A stretch of 64,000 nucleotides of DNA from Bacteroidales bacterium (GCA_038248855.1 JBBRXA010000002.1:45060-109059); one strand, 5' to 3'; positions 25,707-35,384 are shown, counted from the stretch's first letter. The notes: generated by a model not told the origin, from the letters alone. Translations and numbers: made by a program.

Positions 25707-27136
25707 TAAGGATTTCTAGCTGAGGCTGCAGGTTTCTTTTTCTTTTCCTGGAATCCGCTCCGTTCAGCTTTACCCCAGCCTTTCTTCCCGCGCATAGCTT
25801 CAAGATTGCCCCTCACGGCGAAATAGGTATGCACCGGATAGAAGAATGGTTCAAGCATTGCTGTTCCGATGAGCCTGAGAACATCACGTTTCCTGCGGTA
25901 TTTGTGGAAGGTGATCTCCTCGAATAATATGGCCCAGGTGGTCAGGCTTATAGCGAAAGTATAAACAAAGAGGAAAAGAAGCAGGAAGAATGGCAGGTTA
26001 AGCGATCTGGTTATTGCAAGATAAATAGTGTAAACCATACCTGAAAACGCTATCAGCGGCGATGCCCATTCAAAGAGCAGCCAGTAAGGGTAGCCCAGCA
26101 ATCCGAGTCTGCCGTAATGTCTGTTAAAGAGCATTTTCCGGTGTGTCCACAGCGATTCCACAAGTCCGCGTGTCCATCTTGTTCTCTGCTTGCGCATTGA
26201 TTTCAGGTCGGAGGGGACTTCTGTCCAGCATAAAGGGTCAGGAATGTATGTGACCTCGTATTTTGAATCATGTTCAGCCATGTAGCGCCTCATGCGAAGG
26301 ACGAGTTCCATATCCTCGCCCACTGTTTTTGTACTGTAACCGCCCGCCCTGATGACGGTCTCGCGGTCAAACATTCCCATGGCACCGGAAATCAGCATCA
26401 GCCCGTCGAGATGACTCCAGGCCATCCTGCCAAGCAGAAATGCCCTTGTATAATCAAGGACCTGGAGCCTCGGAAGGAACTGTTCAGGGAGATTAATTGC
26501 CTGTATGTGTCCGCGCTCGACCTCGCAGGAGTTGACAATTCTGATGACACCCCCTGTTCCGATGACCTTTTTATCCTTCTCTTCAAGGAAAGGTTTCACA
26601 AGCTTCAGGATAGAGTCGGCCTCAATAATCGAGTCAGCATCAATTGTTACTACAAGGGTGCTGCGACTGATGTTAATGCCTGCATTGAGAGCATCGGCCT
26701 TACCCCCGTTGTTCTTGTCAAGCACTGTAAGCCGGTTGTATGAGGGGTCTTTGGATTTGTAGACTCCCCTGATCCTTTCGCAGGGGATGCGGTAGTCAAA
26801 ATAGTAGTTGACCCTTACAAGGTCATAGGCTTCCCTTATCTTTTCAAAAGTGTTGTCGGTGGAGCCGTCATTGACTATGATCACCTCGAAGTTGTTGTAG
26901 TACAGCGAGAGAAGAGTACGGACATTGTCAATAATTGTTTTGCTCTCGTTGAATGCAGGCGCAATGATCGTAACCTTCGGACTCAGCGGCGAAAGCACCA
27001 GGGAATTATAATTGACATAACTGTTCTTGCGCAGGTATTTGCGAAGCGCGAGCGCGGAAGCAATCCCCAGAAGGAGATAAGACCCGAAGATGAAGAGGGT
27101 CAGGTAGAATATCAGATGTGCAAATACGAAGCCCAT
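25703..27136 (-). CDS. Processive family-2 glycosyltransferase (PgaC/BcsA/YaiP-like polysaccharide synthase)
   Basis: N- and C-terminal TM helices. The full D, DxD, ED, QxxRW set is present: VNDGSTD, DADS, VGEDMEL, KQRTRWTRG. 477 aa. Confidence 0.85.
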   Translation of the reverse strand: MGFVFAHLIFYLTLFIFGSYLLLGIASALALRKYLRKNSYVNYNSLVLSPLSPKVTIIAPAFNESKTIIDNVRTLLSLYYNNFEVIIVNDGSTDNTFEKIREAYDLVRVNYYFDYRIPCERIRGVYKSKDPSYNRLTVLDKNNGGKADALNAGINISRSTLVVTIDADSIIEADSILKLVKPFLEEKDKKVIGTGGVIRIVNSCEVERGHIQAINLPEQFLPRLQVLDYTRAFLLGRMAWSHLDGLMLISGAMGMFDRETVIRAGGYSTKTVGEDMELVLRMRRYMAEHDSKYEVTYIPDPLCWTEVPSDLKSMRKQRTRWTRGLVESLWTHRKMLFNRHYGRLGLLGYPYWLLFEWASPLIAFSGMVYTIYLAITRSLNLPFFLLLFLFVYTFAISLTTWAILFEEITFHKYRRKRDVLRLIGTAMLEPFFYPVHTYFAVRGNLEAMRGKKGWGKAERSGFQEKKKKPAASARNPY

Positions 27137-27141
27137 TGTCT

Positions 27142-28836
27142 TTAGTATATCCTACGGTCAAGCACATGCCTGACGATAATATTATAGTTTTTATATTCTG
27201 ATTTCATGACTTTTACAAGTGCTGCCACACCTTCTTCTCCCATATTCTCAATGGCTTTGGTAGCTTCAATCTGTAGCTGAACGTCATCCTCCTTGTCAAG
27301 TACCAGTTTCAGGAAACCCATCATTGTAAGATCCGGCATCTTACCCATCGACTTCACTATTTCAAGGCAGTTATTGTACTCCTGGTATTTGTACATCCTC
27401 TTCATCGTTTCGAGTGTCGACCTCATATCGAGGTCACCCGCTACCTGTACGGCAAGCAGGCTGACTTTCGGATCGCGGTGAAGAAGCGCCTTTCTTACTT
27501 CAGGCTCAGAACACTTCTGTTTGAACTCCTTTATCATCCGCAGGGCGAACATCACCACTGTCGTATTAGCTGAAACAAGCCATTTCTGGAAATCGGGTAC
27601 CGGCAGTTCGTGCTGAATCATAAGATCATGCAGGGTAATCTGTTCCCAGAGTGAAAAAGGTCTCTTCATATGAGAGAGGAAAGTAAAGTGATCGTCATCG
27701 CTCAGTCTGACCAGGGCTATCTGAGCTTCCATCCTCAGGATCTCGTTTTTAGAGTTCAGAGCTTTGTAAATGACGGGATTGGCATCCTTGATATTCATGA
27801 AAGCCAGCTCCCTGAAACCCTTTACCTTCAGGTGCCATCTCCTGCTGTGCGCCCTGCGGACTGAGTCATTGTCCAGATTCAGCTCACGGTACAGATGGTT
27901 CAGTTTAGCTCCTGCCTCGCCTTTCAGGTTCACGCTGACGTCAATAATCTGGTCTATCAGAACTCCTCTCCGGTAAATGTCAGAGGCGATAGGTCTGAAC
28001 TGTTCAGCAGTTGTATCACCGAAAAGGTAATTTACTATAAGACCCTGGTATTTTTCCAGCAGGTACTGCCTGAGGGTGGCCTCTTTCTCCATTCTCCTCC
28101 TGTTCAGCAGAATCGTAATAAGTAATAATATCATTGTAATAATAGATAAAACAATGGTTATTATCAGTGCATTGACAAGTGCTATCGATTTGCCTTCATA
28201 AACAAACTTGTTTTGCCACAGGCTGTTACCGTTAAATGTAAAAAAGCTACGTAATGTTAAAGGTTTGACTTCTTCCGCAGGTGCAGAGGCAATAATATCA
28301 GCTACCATGGGTATTGTGTCTGCTGCCTCTGATACAGCCGGAACCGTGTCAGTTACAACCGGAACCACAACCGTTAGTTCAGCCGGTAAAGTGTCTGCCA
28401 GGGCCGGAACAGGAACCGGCGCAGGTAATATCCCGGTAATTTCAGTTATCCGGACCACTTCCGGTTCTTCGAAATCCACAGGTATGAAGTAACAAACTGC
28501 AGAACTTTCGGAAGAATGGTTGATCATAACCTTGAACAGGCCGTTTGCAGCCACCACTGCTACGGGAATAGAAAGCATCGATTCAAGTTTCAGGGCGAGG
28601 GTTTCAGCATTTTTTCTCCGTGAGAATGCTCCGAGCTGCAGCGGTATGTTGCTTTTTGACAGCGATATAAGCCCGTCAACCGTAAGTTCTGTAGGGAAGG
28701 TACTGACGGTTATGAATGGCAGTTCTGTATTCTCAGTCCAGGAAGAGTCTCTGTCAGCAAATATTTGCCAGACAGGGCCCGCCTGAACAACCTGAGCCAG
28801 GATAAGCGAAAGCAATATTATCCGCACCCGTTTCAT
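27142..28836 (-). CDS. Bitopic protein: periplasmic SPOR-like domain, Pro/Val/Ala linker, TM helix, cytoplasmic HEAT/ARM-like repeats
   Basis: Signal peptide. LQLGAFSRRKNAETLALKLES...GLFKVMI (SPOR-like). PAPVPVPALADTLPAELTVVVP linker. TM helix IALVNALIITIVLSIITMILLLITILL. Then about 320 aa of helical repeats. Confidence 0.6.
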   Translation of the reverse strand: MKRVRIILLSLILAQVVQAGPVWQIFADRDSSWTENTELPFITVSTFPTELTVDGLISLSKSNIPLQLGAFSRRKNAETLALKLESMLSIPVAVVAANGLFKVMINHSSESSAVCYFIPVDFEEPEVVRITEITGILPAPVPVPALADTLPAELTVVVPVVTDTVPAVSEAADTIPMVADIIASAPAEEVKPLTLRSFFTFNGNSLWQNKFVYEGKSIALVNALIITIVLSIITMILLLITILLNRRRMEKEATLRQYLLEKYQGLIVNYLFGDTTAEQFRPIASDIYRRGVLIDQIIDVSVNLKGEAGAKLNHLYRELNLDNDSVRRAHSRRWHLKVKGFRELAFMNIKDANPVIYKALNSKNEILRMEAQIALVRLSDDDHFTFLSHMKRPFSLWEQITLHDLMIQHELPVPDFQKWLVSANTTVVMFALRMIKEFKQKCSEPEVRKALLHRDPKVSLLAVQVAGDLDMRSTLETMKRMYKYQEYNNCLEIVKSMGKMPDLTMMGFLKLVLDKEDDVQLQIEATKAIENMGEEGVAALVKVMKSEYKNYNIIVRHVLDRRIY

Positions 28837-29924
28837 CTCTTCATTCTGATAGAGTAAATGAAACCTATCCCGCCTTCGTACCTCCTGCGGTGAAAACCTG
28901 CGGTATATTCCTCATAAGAGAATCCCGCACCGATCCTGACTGCCCACAGGGGAGTTATCCTGTCGAAATAGGAGAGCCTGATGCTGTTGGCACTCTGCCG
29001 TTCCAGGTCGGTCATTATGTCAAAGGGTTCGTCGGGGGCTGTTCCGGTACCCAGGGTAAGTTGCAGATAGTCAGTTTTGTTGAAATATCTCCGGGCATTC
29101 AGATAAAATGATGTTGTAACACCTATATCCTTTAAGTAGAAGTAACCTCTGCCTGAAAGCCACCAGTTGCCGAGATATTTTTCCAGGGAGAGGGTTCCTA
29201 TAAATATATCACTTGTAAAATGGTAATAGTTCACACCTGCCGACACGGCCCATCCTGCCGGCAAAGTCTGCCATAGTTCGAGGGCAGCCCTGTGCCTGGG
29301 GAAATAAGTACCGGGACTGTAGGCATAAGCCATATAGGCATAATTGCTTTTGGTGAGCGTAGGCCAGGCCTCAACGCTGTACTGGAGATCCGTAGCATTT
29401 ACATTTGCAGGCTCTCCGATAATTATATTACCTGCATTCACGCCTGCCACCACTGTGCCCCATGAGAAACGGTGACCTGCACCGGCGTTGAAAACCTGCC
29501 AGAACCTGTCGTACGGTGTTTTATAGGTGTCAAAAGTGTAACCTGCCCTGATGTCGGTGGGAGGTGTATCCTCCTCAGCGGCCTTGCGCGACCATCTTTT
29601 TATGTCATGTACAGCTGCCAGGGCATCCCTGTTGTCAGGTTCTGTTAAAAGCAGTGTGTCAATTACAGCCTCTGCCTCCTCAAAATCATTCTGCCATGCC
29701 AGAATGCGGCCAAGCAGTATTCTTGCGTCACCGTATCCGGGGTACTGCCTGACAAGATTTCGTGCTGAGATTTCAGCGCCGGCATAATTTTCCGATGAAG
29801 CCATTGACCTTATGCGGGCATACTCAGCCTCCGGGTCGGTTATTGACTGTGAAAGTGCTGCCTGAGGCGAAAAAAACCCGAGGGTGAGTATTAGAAAAAT
29901 TGACAGATAAAAGAATCTGTACAT
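28833..29924 (-). CDS. TPR + outer-membrane beta-barrel protein (YaiO-like)
   Basis: Signal peptide, about 110 aa of TPR-like helices (ARILLGRILAWQNDFEEAEAVIDTLL), then alternating aromatic/Gly beta-strand pattern to the C-terminus. 4-nt overlap with the downstream gene's start. Confidence 0.55.
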   Translation of the reverse strand: MYRFFYLSIFLILTLGFFSPQAALSQSITDPEAEYARIRSMASSENYAGAEISARNLVRQYPGYGDARILLGRILAWQNDFEEAEAVIDTLLLTEPDNRDALAAVHDIKRWSRKAAEEDTPPTDIRAGYTFDTYKTPYDRFWQVFNAGAGHRFSWGTVVAGVNAGNIIIGEPANVNATDLQYSVEAWPTLTKSNYAYMAYAYSPGTYFPRHRAALELWQTLPAGWAVSAGVNYYHFTSDIFIGTLSLEKYLGNWWLSGRGYFYLKDIGVTTSFYLNARRYFNKTDYLQLTLGTGTAPDEPFDIMTDLERQSANSIRLSYFDRITPLWAVRIGAGFSYEEYTAGFHRRRYEGGIGFIYSIRMKR

Positions 29925-29927
29925 CGG

Positions 29928-30299
29928 TTACTGTTTTATTACAGAGCTGATCATTCTGACCAGTTCATCAGGATTAAAAGGCTTTATTATATACCCGTTT
30001 ACGCCAAGTTCACCTGCCTGTTTCTGGACCTGAGCGTCACTGAAAGCTGATACAATAAGAACCGGAGTCTTCTTCTGCAGGTCGCTGCGGAGATACTTAA
30101 CCAGCTCCAGACCGCTGTGATACGGAAGATGGATGTCAACAATCACCAGGTCAAAGTTGTTATTATTAAGCATCCCGATAGCCAGGTTACCGTCTTCTGC
30201 TGTCATTGTCTGGTAACCTTCACGTTCCAGTACTACTGAAATGGTTCTGGATGCCATCTTATTGTCTTCGCAGATTAATATCTTCATCTGTTCTGCCAT
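29928..30299 (-). CDS. Single-domain response regulator (REC only)
   Basis: KILICEDNKM...VIVDIHLP...IIKPF. I chose ATG 30299 over the ORF-track start at 30362 because a terminator-like hairpin lies at 30365-30390. Confidence 0.8.
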   Translation of the reverse strand: MAEQMKILICEDNKMASRTISVVLEREGYQTMTAEDGNLAIGMLNNNNFDLVIVDIHLPYHSGLELVKYLRSDLQKKTPVLIVSAFSDAQVQKQAGELGVNGYIIKPFNPDELVRMISSVIKQ

Positions 30300-30360
30300 A
30301 GTATTCCTGTCAGAAATAACAGTTAATTTTTTAAGGTTGCTGCAGGATAATCCGGCATTC

Positions 30361-30390
30361 AAAATTGGCCATAAAAATCGGGATGGCCAA
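30361..30390 (-). terminator. Putative intrinsic terminator after the HEAT/DUF1080 gene
   Basis: Perfect 8-bp stem, TTGGCCAT/ATGGCCAA, with a 10-nt loop, followed on the minus strand by TTTT. Confidence 0.45.
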
Positions 30391-30460
30391 GCAATGTAAG
30401 GTCATTTTGACCGGTGTTGATAATTCATTGATTAACTGCTATCATCATTAGGACAAAGAC

Positions 30461-33400
30461 TTAATCAAGCTCTTTGATTCTGATGTTCCTGAACCGGACA
30501 ACCGACCCGTGCCCCAGAAAGCCGATATGGCCTGATTTGTTTTTAAGTCCCGGATGATCTGATTTGTCAGCCGTTCCGTTTACAATGGCTTCAGCAATAT
30601 CACCGTCAACTATTACATTACCGTTCAGGATTACTTTTATTTTCGTTCCGTTAACAATAACCTCTTCGTTGTTCCATTCGCCCAGAGGCTTGAGGAAACC
30701 CTTTTTTGCCGGTATGACACCGTACACCGATCCATGGTACTGGTATTCATGAAGGTTTGCATAGATCGGTGCAGTATTGTCAAGTATCTGAAGTTCCATC
30801 CCCACGTATGCCGCATCACCGGTGAGGGGAGCTCTGATACCGAGGCCGTTATTTGCCCCGGGCGTCAGCTGAAAGTCAAACCTGTAAACAAAATCAGAAT
30901 ACTCTTTTTCGGTAAAGAGATTCCCTCCTGAACCCTTCCCTGGTTGTATTACTATTTCCCCGTCCACTGCAATGTACGATACCTTATCGCCCACCCAGCC
31001 ATCGAGATTACGGCCGTTAAACAGTGAGAGGAAGCCATCAGCTTTTTCTTCAGGCGTCAGTTTATATTCGGAACTGCTTATTTCCCTGATCCATATATCC
31101 TTGAATGCCAGATCAGTACCGTGAGCCTGCAGTTCAACGGGACCTTTTCCGAAAATTGGGAGAGCCCTGTTCCAGTAGTTCTCAAGTGTGACATTGTCAG
31201 TCACCAGCTCTCCGTTCAGCCATACCGAGACCTTTTCACCGGTCATAAGTATGCAGAAGGTATTCCATTCACCCACCGGATTATCGGCTACCTTCAGCGG
31301 TAGTGACTGATTCACCTGGTTGTTATACAGGCCGCCGGAGCCAACCTGTGCTCCCACTTCCGTTCTTGAGGTGTCCCATATCTGTACCTGCGGTGAACCG
31401 CGCAGGTAAATGCCGCTGTCACCCTTCTTCGTGATGCGCCAGTCGACATAAAGCTCAAAGTCGCCGTAATCATTCACCGAGCACAGGTTGGCTCCGGCGC
31501 CTGTGAACCAGATCATGCCGTCTCTGACACTCCAGTTTTCGGTCATCCGCTTATCAGCCTCCTTCTGCTGTTTTGTCAGTTCTGCAGGCTTCATCGCCGC
31601 CCTTGAAACCGGATCCCCGACGAGCCCCTTCCATCCCGACAGGTCTCTGCCGTTAAAGAGGGAAACAAATTTTTCTGCCGGCGGAAGACCCAGGTTTTCA
31701 ATAGCCTCTCCGGCTACTGCCCTGACCTCCTCAGAGTTGTCAGAAAGATAAGCTGTGACAAAGAATAGAGCAGGTTGTATTTTCTGGGTGCCTGCAACGG
31801 CAATCATTTCAGTACGGGCATCAGGTGCAAGAGCCCAGGGAGCTATCTTTTTCAGGAGCAGGATCCTGCGCTCCGGAGTCATATCTGCAGCAGACACCAT
31901 CCTCAGATAGGCGTCAAAGGCAGGTCTCTCGTAGGTCTTGTTGCCTGACGCGCATATGTCAAACAGTGCTGAAGCGGCTGATGGGTCCGGCCAGTGAGCC
32001 AGTGCATCGAAACATACATCACGGATTTCAGCGCTGCCGTTTTCAAATTCTCTGACAACCCTTTTCAGAGCTTCTTCACCTGCCGTAACGGTCAGGAGAG
32101 GAATAAGTTTAATCCTGTCGGCACCCTTGTCGAGTGCTGTTAGAATCACGTCCGACCTGCCTCCGGTTCCGTTGCCCCTCAAAGAGGCAGCGGTAATGGC
32201 ATTGCTTATTTCAGTTATCTCAGCTCTTTCCGATGTTGTGACAAGCATCCTGATCAGCGTCTCCTGATCACTGTACCCTGCAACGTTTTTCAGAGCTGTG
32301 AGAGCGGCAGCCCTTACTCCCTGATCGTCACTCTCAACGTACGGTAGAACGGTTTTGAAATAATCATGGTTGCCTGACCAGCCGAGAAGCCAGATCAAGG
32401 TTACCGTTGCATGGCCCTTTGAAGCGGGGAGGCTGGCAGCAACCTTTCCTATATTGTTCCTGTCAAGAATTGTCATCAGCGAGTTTGCAGCAGCCCAGTG
32501 ACCTTCTTCAGAGTCATACTTCAGTATCCAGGCCAGGAGCGGGTCAACAGCTTTGTTTCCCTCGATCTTCGCGAGAGCCGAAACGGCTTCCGAAGAAATG
32601 TCATGGGCGCGTTCATTCAGTGCCTTATGTAACAGAGGAACAGCAAGCGCATCGCCCCTTTCCCCAAGCATAAAGAGTATTTCCGGTTTGGCCTCGGGGC
32701 GTACCTTTTGGTACCTGTTTATCCATTTTTTCGTGACGTCTTCTCCCGGAATCTGGCTTGCGAGTCTTATTACTCCGCCGCGGACTGCGATATCAGGATC
32801 ATTGATGGCATCAAGCAGCATCGGAAGCGCATCTTCGCCTTTAACAGCAACTGCCACACTCATTGCAGCGAGTCTCTGATTGGCGGTCTCAGGGGTAGCA
32901 CTCTCTGATATTACCAGGGAGGTAATTTTCTCCATCGTCCTGACCTCACCGGCCAGCCCTGCCTGCCGTGCATAGAGAAGCAGTGCCGACACTGAGCCTG
33001 TAGGTTCCCATTTGTAACCTGCATCTTCTGCAGCCTTCATGAGCACCGGGAGGGCTTCTTCACTGCCGCTGCCGGCCAATGCCAGCAGTGCGGCTGATTT
33101 CTCTGACTGGGAGCCTTTTTCATACCATCTGATGTAACCCGGCAATGCCTGCCCGTACCCCTTCACGGCAAGGGCGTCCATGATCTGCCCGGCACACGGA
33201 CATAAGTCAGCATCCAGAGTTGAGGCCAGCATTTCCTGAGCCTTCGTTGTTCCGATTGCTTCAAGCGCCATCACTGCATCGCTGCACATAACTTCATGGG
33301 TGACATACGGTTGCAGAACCTCCAGGGCAGCGTCCGAACCGATAAGATTCATCTGCCTGATAAAAAATGTCCTGACTTCATAGCTTACAGCAGACCTGAT

Positions 33401-33730
33401 AAAGACAAGGCACTGCTCCTCCCATACTTTTCTCTTCGCTATATCAGATCCTTTGGAGAGGTATCCTGTGAGTGACGACACCGCATATCTTGCCCGGGAA
33501 TCATCTCCTGTTCCCGCCTGTACCACCTGTTCACAGATAAGCGAGGTGCCCCTGACTCCAAGGGAGTACATCTCTTCCATCAGTAAGCTCAGATGCTCCT
33601 GATCCTTTGCCGGCATTTTAGCAAGGAGATCGGCAACTTTGGTCTCTAAAGTCCTTACGTCCTGTGCAATGACTGAGCCTGACACTGCAAAGAGAACTGC
33701 TGATAATAATAACGTGCTTATAATCTTCAT
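30461..33730 (-). CDS. Secreted HEAT-repeat protein with two C-terminal DUF1080 (3-keto-disaccharide-hydrolase-like, concanavalin fold) domains
   Basis: Signal peptide and about 680 aa of HEAT-like repeats. Two modules begin LFNGRDLSGWKG and LFNGRNLDGWVG. The second ends GHIGFLGHGSVVRFRNIRIKEL. Confidence 0.75.
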   Translation of the reverse strand: MKIISTLLLSAVLFAVSGSVIAQDVRTLETKVADLLAKMPAKDQEHLSLLMEEMYSLGVRGTSLICEQVVQAGTGDDSRARYAVSSLTGYLSKGSDIAKRKVWEEQCLVFIRSAVSYEVRTFFIRQMNLIGSDAALEVLQPYVTHEVMCSDAVMALEAIGTTKAQEMLASTLDADLCPCAGQIMDALAVKGYGQALPGYIRWYEKGSQSEKSAALLALAGSGSEEALPVLMKAAEDAGYKWEPTGSVSALLLYARQAGLAGEVRTMEKITSLVISESATPETANQRLAAMSVAVAVKGEDALPMLLDAINDPDIAVRGGVIRLASQIPGEDVTKKWINRYQKVRPEAKPEILFMLGERGDALAVPLLHKALNERAHDISSEAVSALAKIEGNKAVDPLLAWILKYDSEEGHWAAANSLMTILDRNNIGKVAASLPASKGHATVTLIWLLGWSGNHDYFKTVLPYVESDDQGVRAAALTALKNVAGYSDQETLIRMLVTTSERAEITEISNAITAASLRGNGTGGRSDVILTALDKGADRIKLIPLLTVTAGEEALKRVVREFENGSAEIRDVCFDALAHWPDPSAASALFDICASGNKTYERPAFDAYLRMVSAADMTPERRILLLKKIAPWALAPDARTEMIAVAGTQKIQPALFFVTAYLSDNSEEVRAVAGEAIENLGLPPAEKFVSLFNGRDLSGWKGLVGDPVSRAAMKPAELTKQQKEADKRMTENWSVRDGMIWFTGAGANLCSVNDYGDFELYVDWRITKKGDSGIYLRGSPQVQIWDTSRTEVGAQVGSGGLYNNQVNQSLPLKVADNPVGEWNTFCILMTGEKVSVWLNGELVTDNVTLENYWNRALPIFGKGPVELQAHGTDLAFKDIWIREISSSEYKLTPEEKADGFLSLFNGRNLDGWVGDKVSYIAVDGEIVIQPGKGSGGNLFTEKEYSDFVYRFDFQLTPGANNGLGIRAPLTGDAAYVGMELQILDNTAPIYANLHEYQYHGSVYGVIPAKKGFLKPLGEWNNEEVIVNGTKIKVILNGNVIVDGDIAEAIVNGTADKSDHPGLKNKSGHIGFLGHGSVVRFRNIRIKELD

Positions 33731-33744
33731 GATACTTTATTTAT

Positions 33745-35013
33745 TCAGATATGCCACTCTCCTCTCATGGGCTGGTTGATCAGGGCATTGGCCCCGTCGT
33801 CATCAATGAACCTCTGTTTTACCGGATCGAATTTAAGACTCCGGCCGAGACGAAGTGCTACAACACCCATATTGACCATTGTGCAAGACCTGTGACCGTT
33901 AGCCTCATTAAGGGCAAACGGTTTGCGGGTTCTCACCGATTCGGAAAATACCGTCACCTGAGGTTCAGGGTCAGGAAGGGCATCGATGAGCTTCTGCAGG
34001 TTTGGAACATCGGAAATGAATCCCTTGAATATTTTGCCGTAGGGGCCCTCGATAAAAGCGGCACCCGTATCCCTGTTCTCGCCGTCAAGTATTATGCTGC
34101 AGCCGTCTTCATATGTATACGTGATCCTTCTCCATGACCCCACAGCGTCATAATGCTGCTGAGGGGCGTCAATCTCGACAGAAACAGGTGAAGTATCATC
34201 CTTGCCGAGCAGGTACTGGATGGGGTCAAGATAATGCTGCCCCATGTCTCCCAGTCCGCCGCCGTCATAATCCCAGTAACCCCGGAATTTGGCGTGGACC
34301 CTTTCAGGATTATACGTCTTGTATGGTGCAGGGCCGAGCCAGAAATCATAATCGAGCTCCTGCGGAGCGATCATAGGCTCCAGGTTGGTAAGTCCGCTCC
34401 AGTAAAATTTCCAGTCATAACCCGTGATACCGCTTACTGTTACCTTCAGCGGCCATCCGAGCACATTGCTGCCAATGATCTTTTTAAGGGGCTTGACTGC
34501 AGTTCCCAGACCGTAGAACTGGCTTTTGAACCTGAACCAGGTATTCAGCCTGAACATTCGTCCGTTGGCCCTCACAGCCTCAATCACCTTCTGACCCTCA
34601 CCGATGGTTCGGGTCATCGGTTTCTCGCACCATATGTCCTTCCCTGCCTCAGCAGCCATTTTTGACATAATCCCGTGCCAGTGCGGCGGTGTGGCTATAT
34701 GCACGATGTCAATGTCAGGCCTGGCGAGCAGCTCCCTGAAGTCATGGTAACCGGTGACTCCCTTGCCCCCGGTTTCGACTGCATTTTTAAGATGCAGGGC
34801 ATCAACATCACAAACGGCAAGAAGCCTGGTCCCTTCGTAGGGAATATGCCCCATGCCCATCCCGCCGACACCGATGATACCTTTTGTCAGCAGATCGCTG
34901 GGAGCGAGGAATCCATGCCCTCCCATTACATGACGCGGAATAATTGTCAGGGCCAGTCCTGTAATCGCTCCCCTCCTGAGGAAGTCCCGTCTTCTTATTG
35001 AATCTTTCTTCAT
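33745..35013 (-). CDS. Tat-exported Gfo/Idh/MocA-family oxidoreductase
   Basis: Twin-arginine signal (RRRDFLRRGAITGLALT), Rossmann GIIGVGGMGMGH, 422 aa. Confidence 0.85.
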   Translation of the reverse strand: MKKDSIRRRDFLRRGAITGLALTIIPRHVMGGHGFLAPSDLLTKGIIGVGGMGMGHIPYEGTRLLAVCDVDALHLKNAVETGGKGVTGYHDFRELLARPDIDIVHIATPPHWHGIMSKMAAEAGKDIWCEKPMTRTIGEGQKVIEAVRANGRMFRLNTWFRFKSQFYGLGTAVKPLKKIIGSNVLGWPLKVTVSGITGYDWKFYWSGLTNLEPMIAPQELDYDFWLGPAPYKTYNPERVHAKFRGYWDYDGGGLGDMGQHYLDPIQYLLGKDDTSPVSVEIDAPQQHYDAVGSWRRITYTYEDGCSIILDGENRDTGAAFIEGPYGKIFKGFISDVPNLQKLIDALPDPEPQVTVFSESVRTRKPFALNEANGHRSCTMVNMGVVALRLGRSLKFDPVKQRFIDDDGANALINQPMRGEWHI

Positions 35014-35158
35014 TTATTGTTATAATGAACAGAATAAAACTTTTACCGGTAAATATAAAAATTTATACCGGAGACTTTTAATGTCTTTTAACAGATTAAA
35101 CCTTAAACAGAGATAATTTTTTACCTATTTTAGTAATTCACAAAATAATCACAGATAT

Positions 35159-35344
35159 ATGAAAAGACTTCTCGGTATAACAGGTCTCTTTCTGCTCATT
35201 CTGTCACGGGTGGCTGCTCAGGCAGATTTCCCCGTACTGGGTCTCAGTATTGCCGCCCCGGTACATGAAAACACAAAGGATTTTGAAAAATTTATCAGGG
35301 AAGACCTGGCGCCACTCGGCGTCAACACCCTGGTTCTCTGCTGA
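35159..35344 (+). pseudogene. N-terminal remnant (signal peptide + about 40 aa) of a secreted, probably glycoside-hydrolase-like protein
   Basis: 61-aa ORF MKRLLGITGLFLLILSRVAAQA... It ends abruptly at ...GVNTLVLC, 40 nt before the next gene's start. No continuation is visible in any frame. Confidence 0.35.
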
Positions 35345-35384
35345 CGAAAAAAATCGCCGGAGAATAACGGAAGTGAAGAAAATT

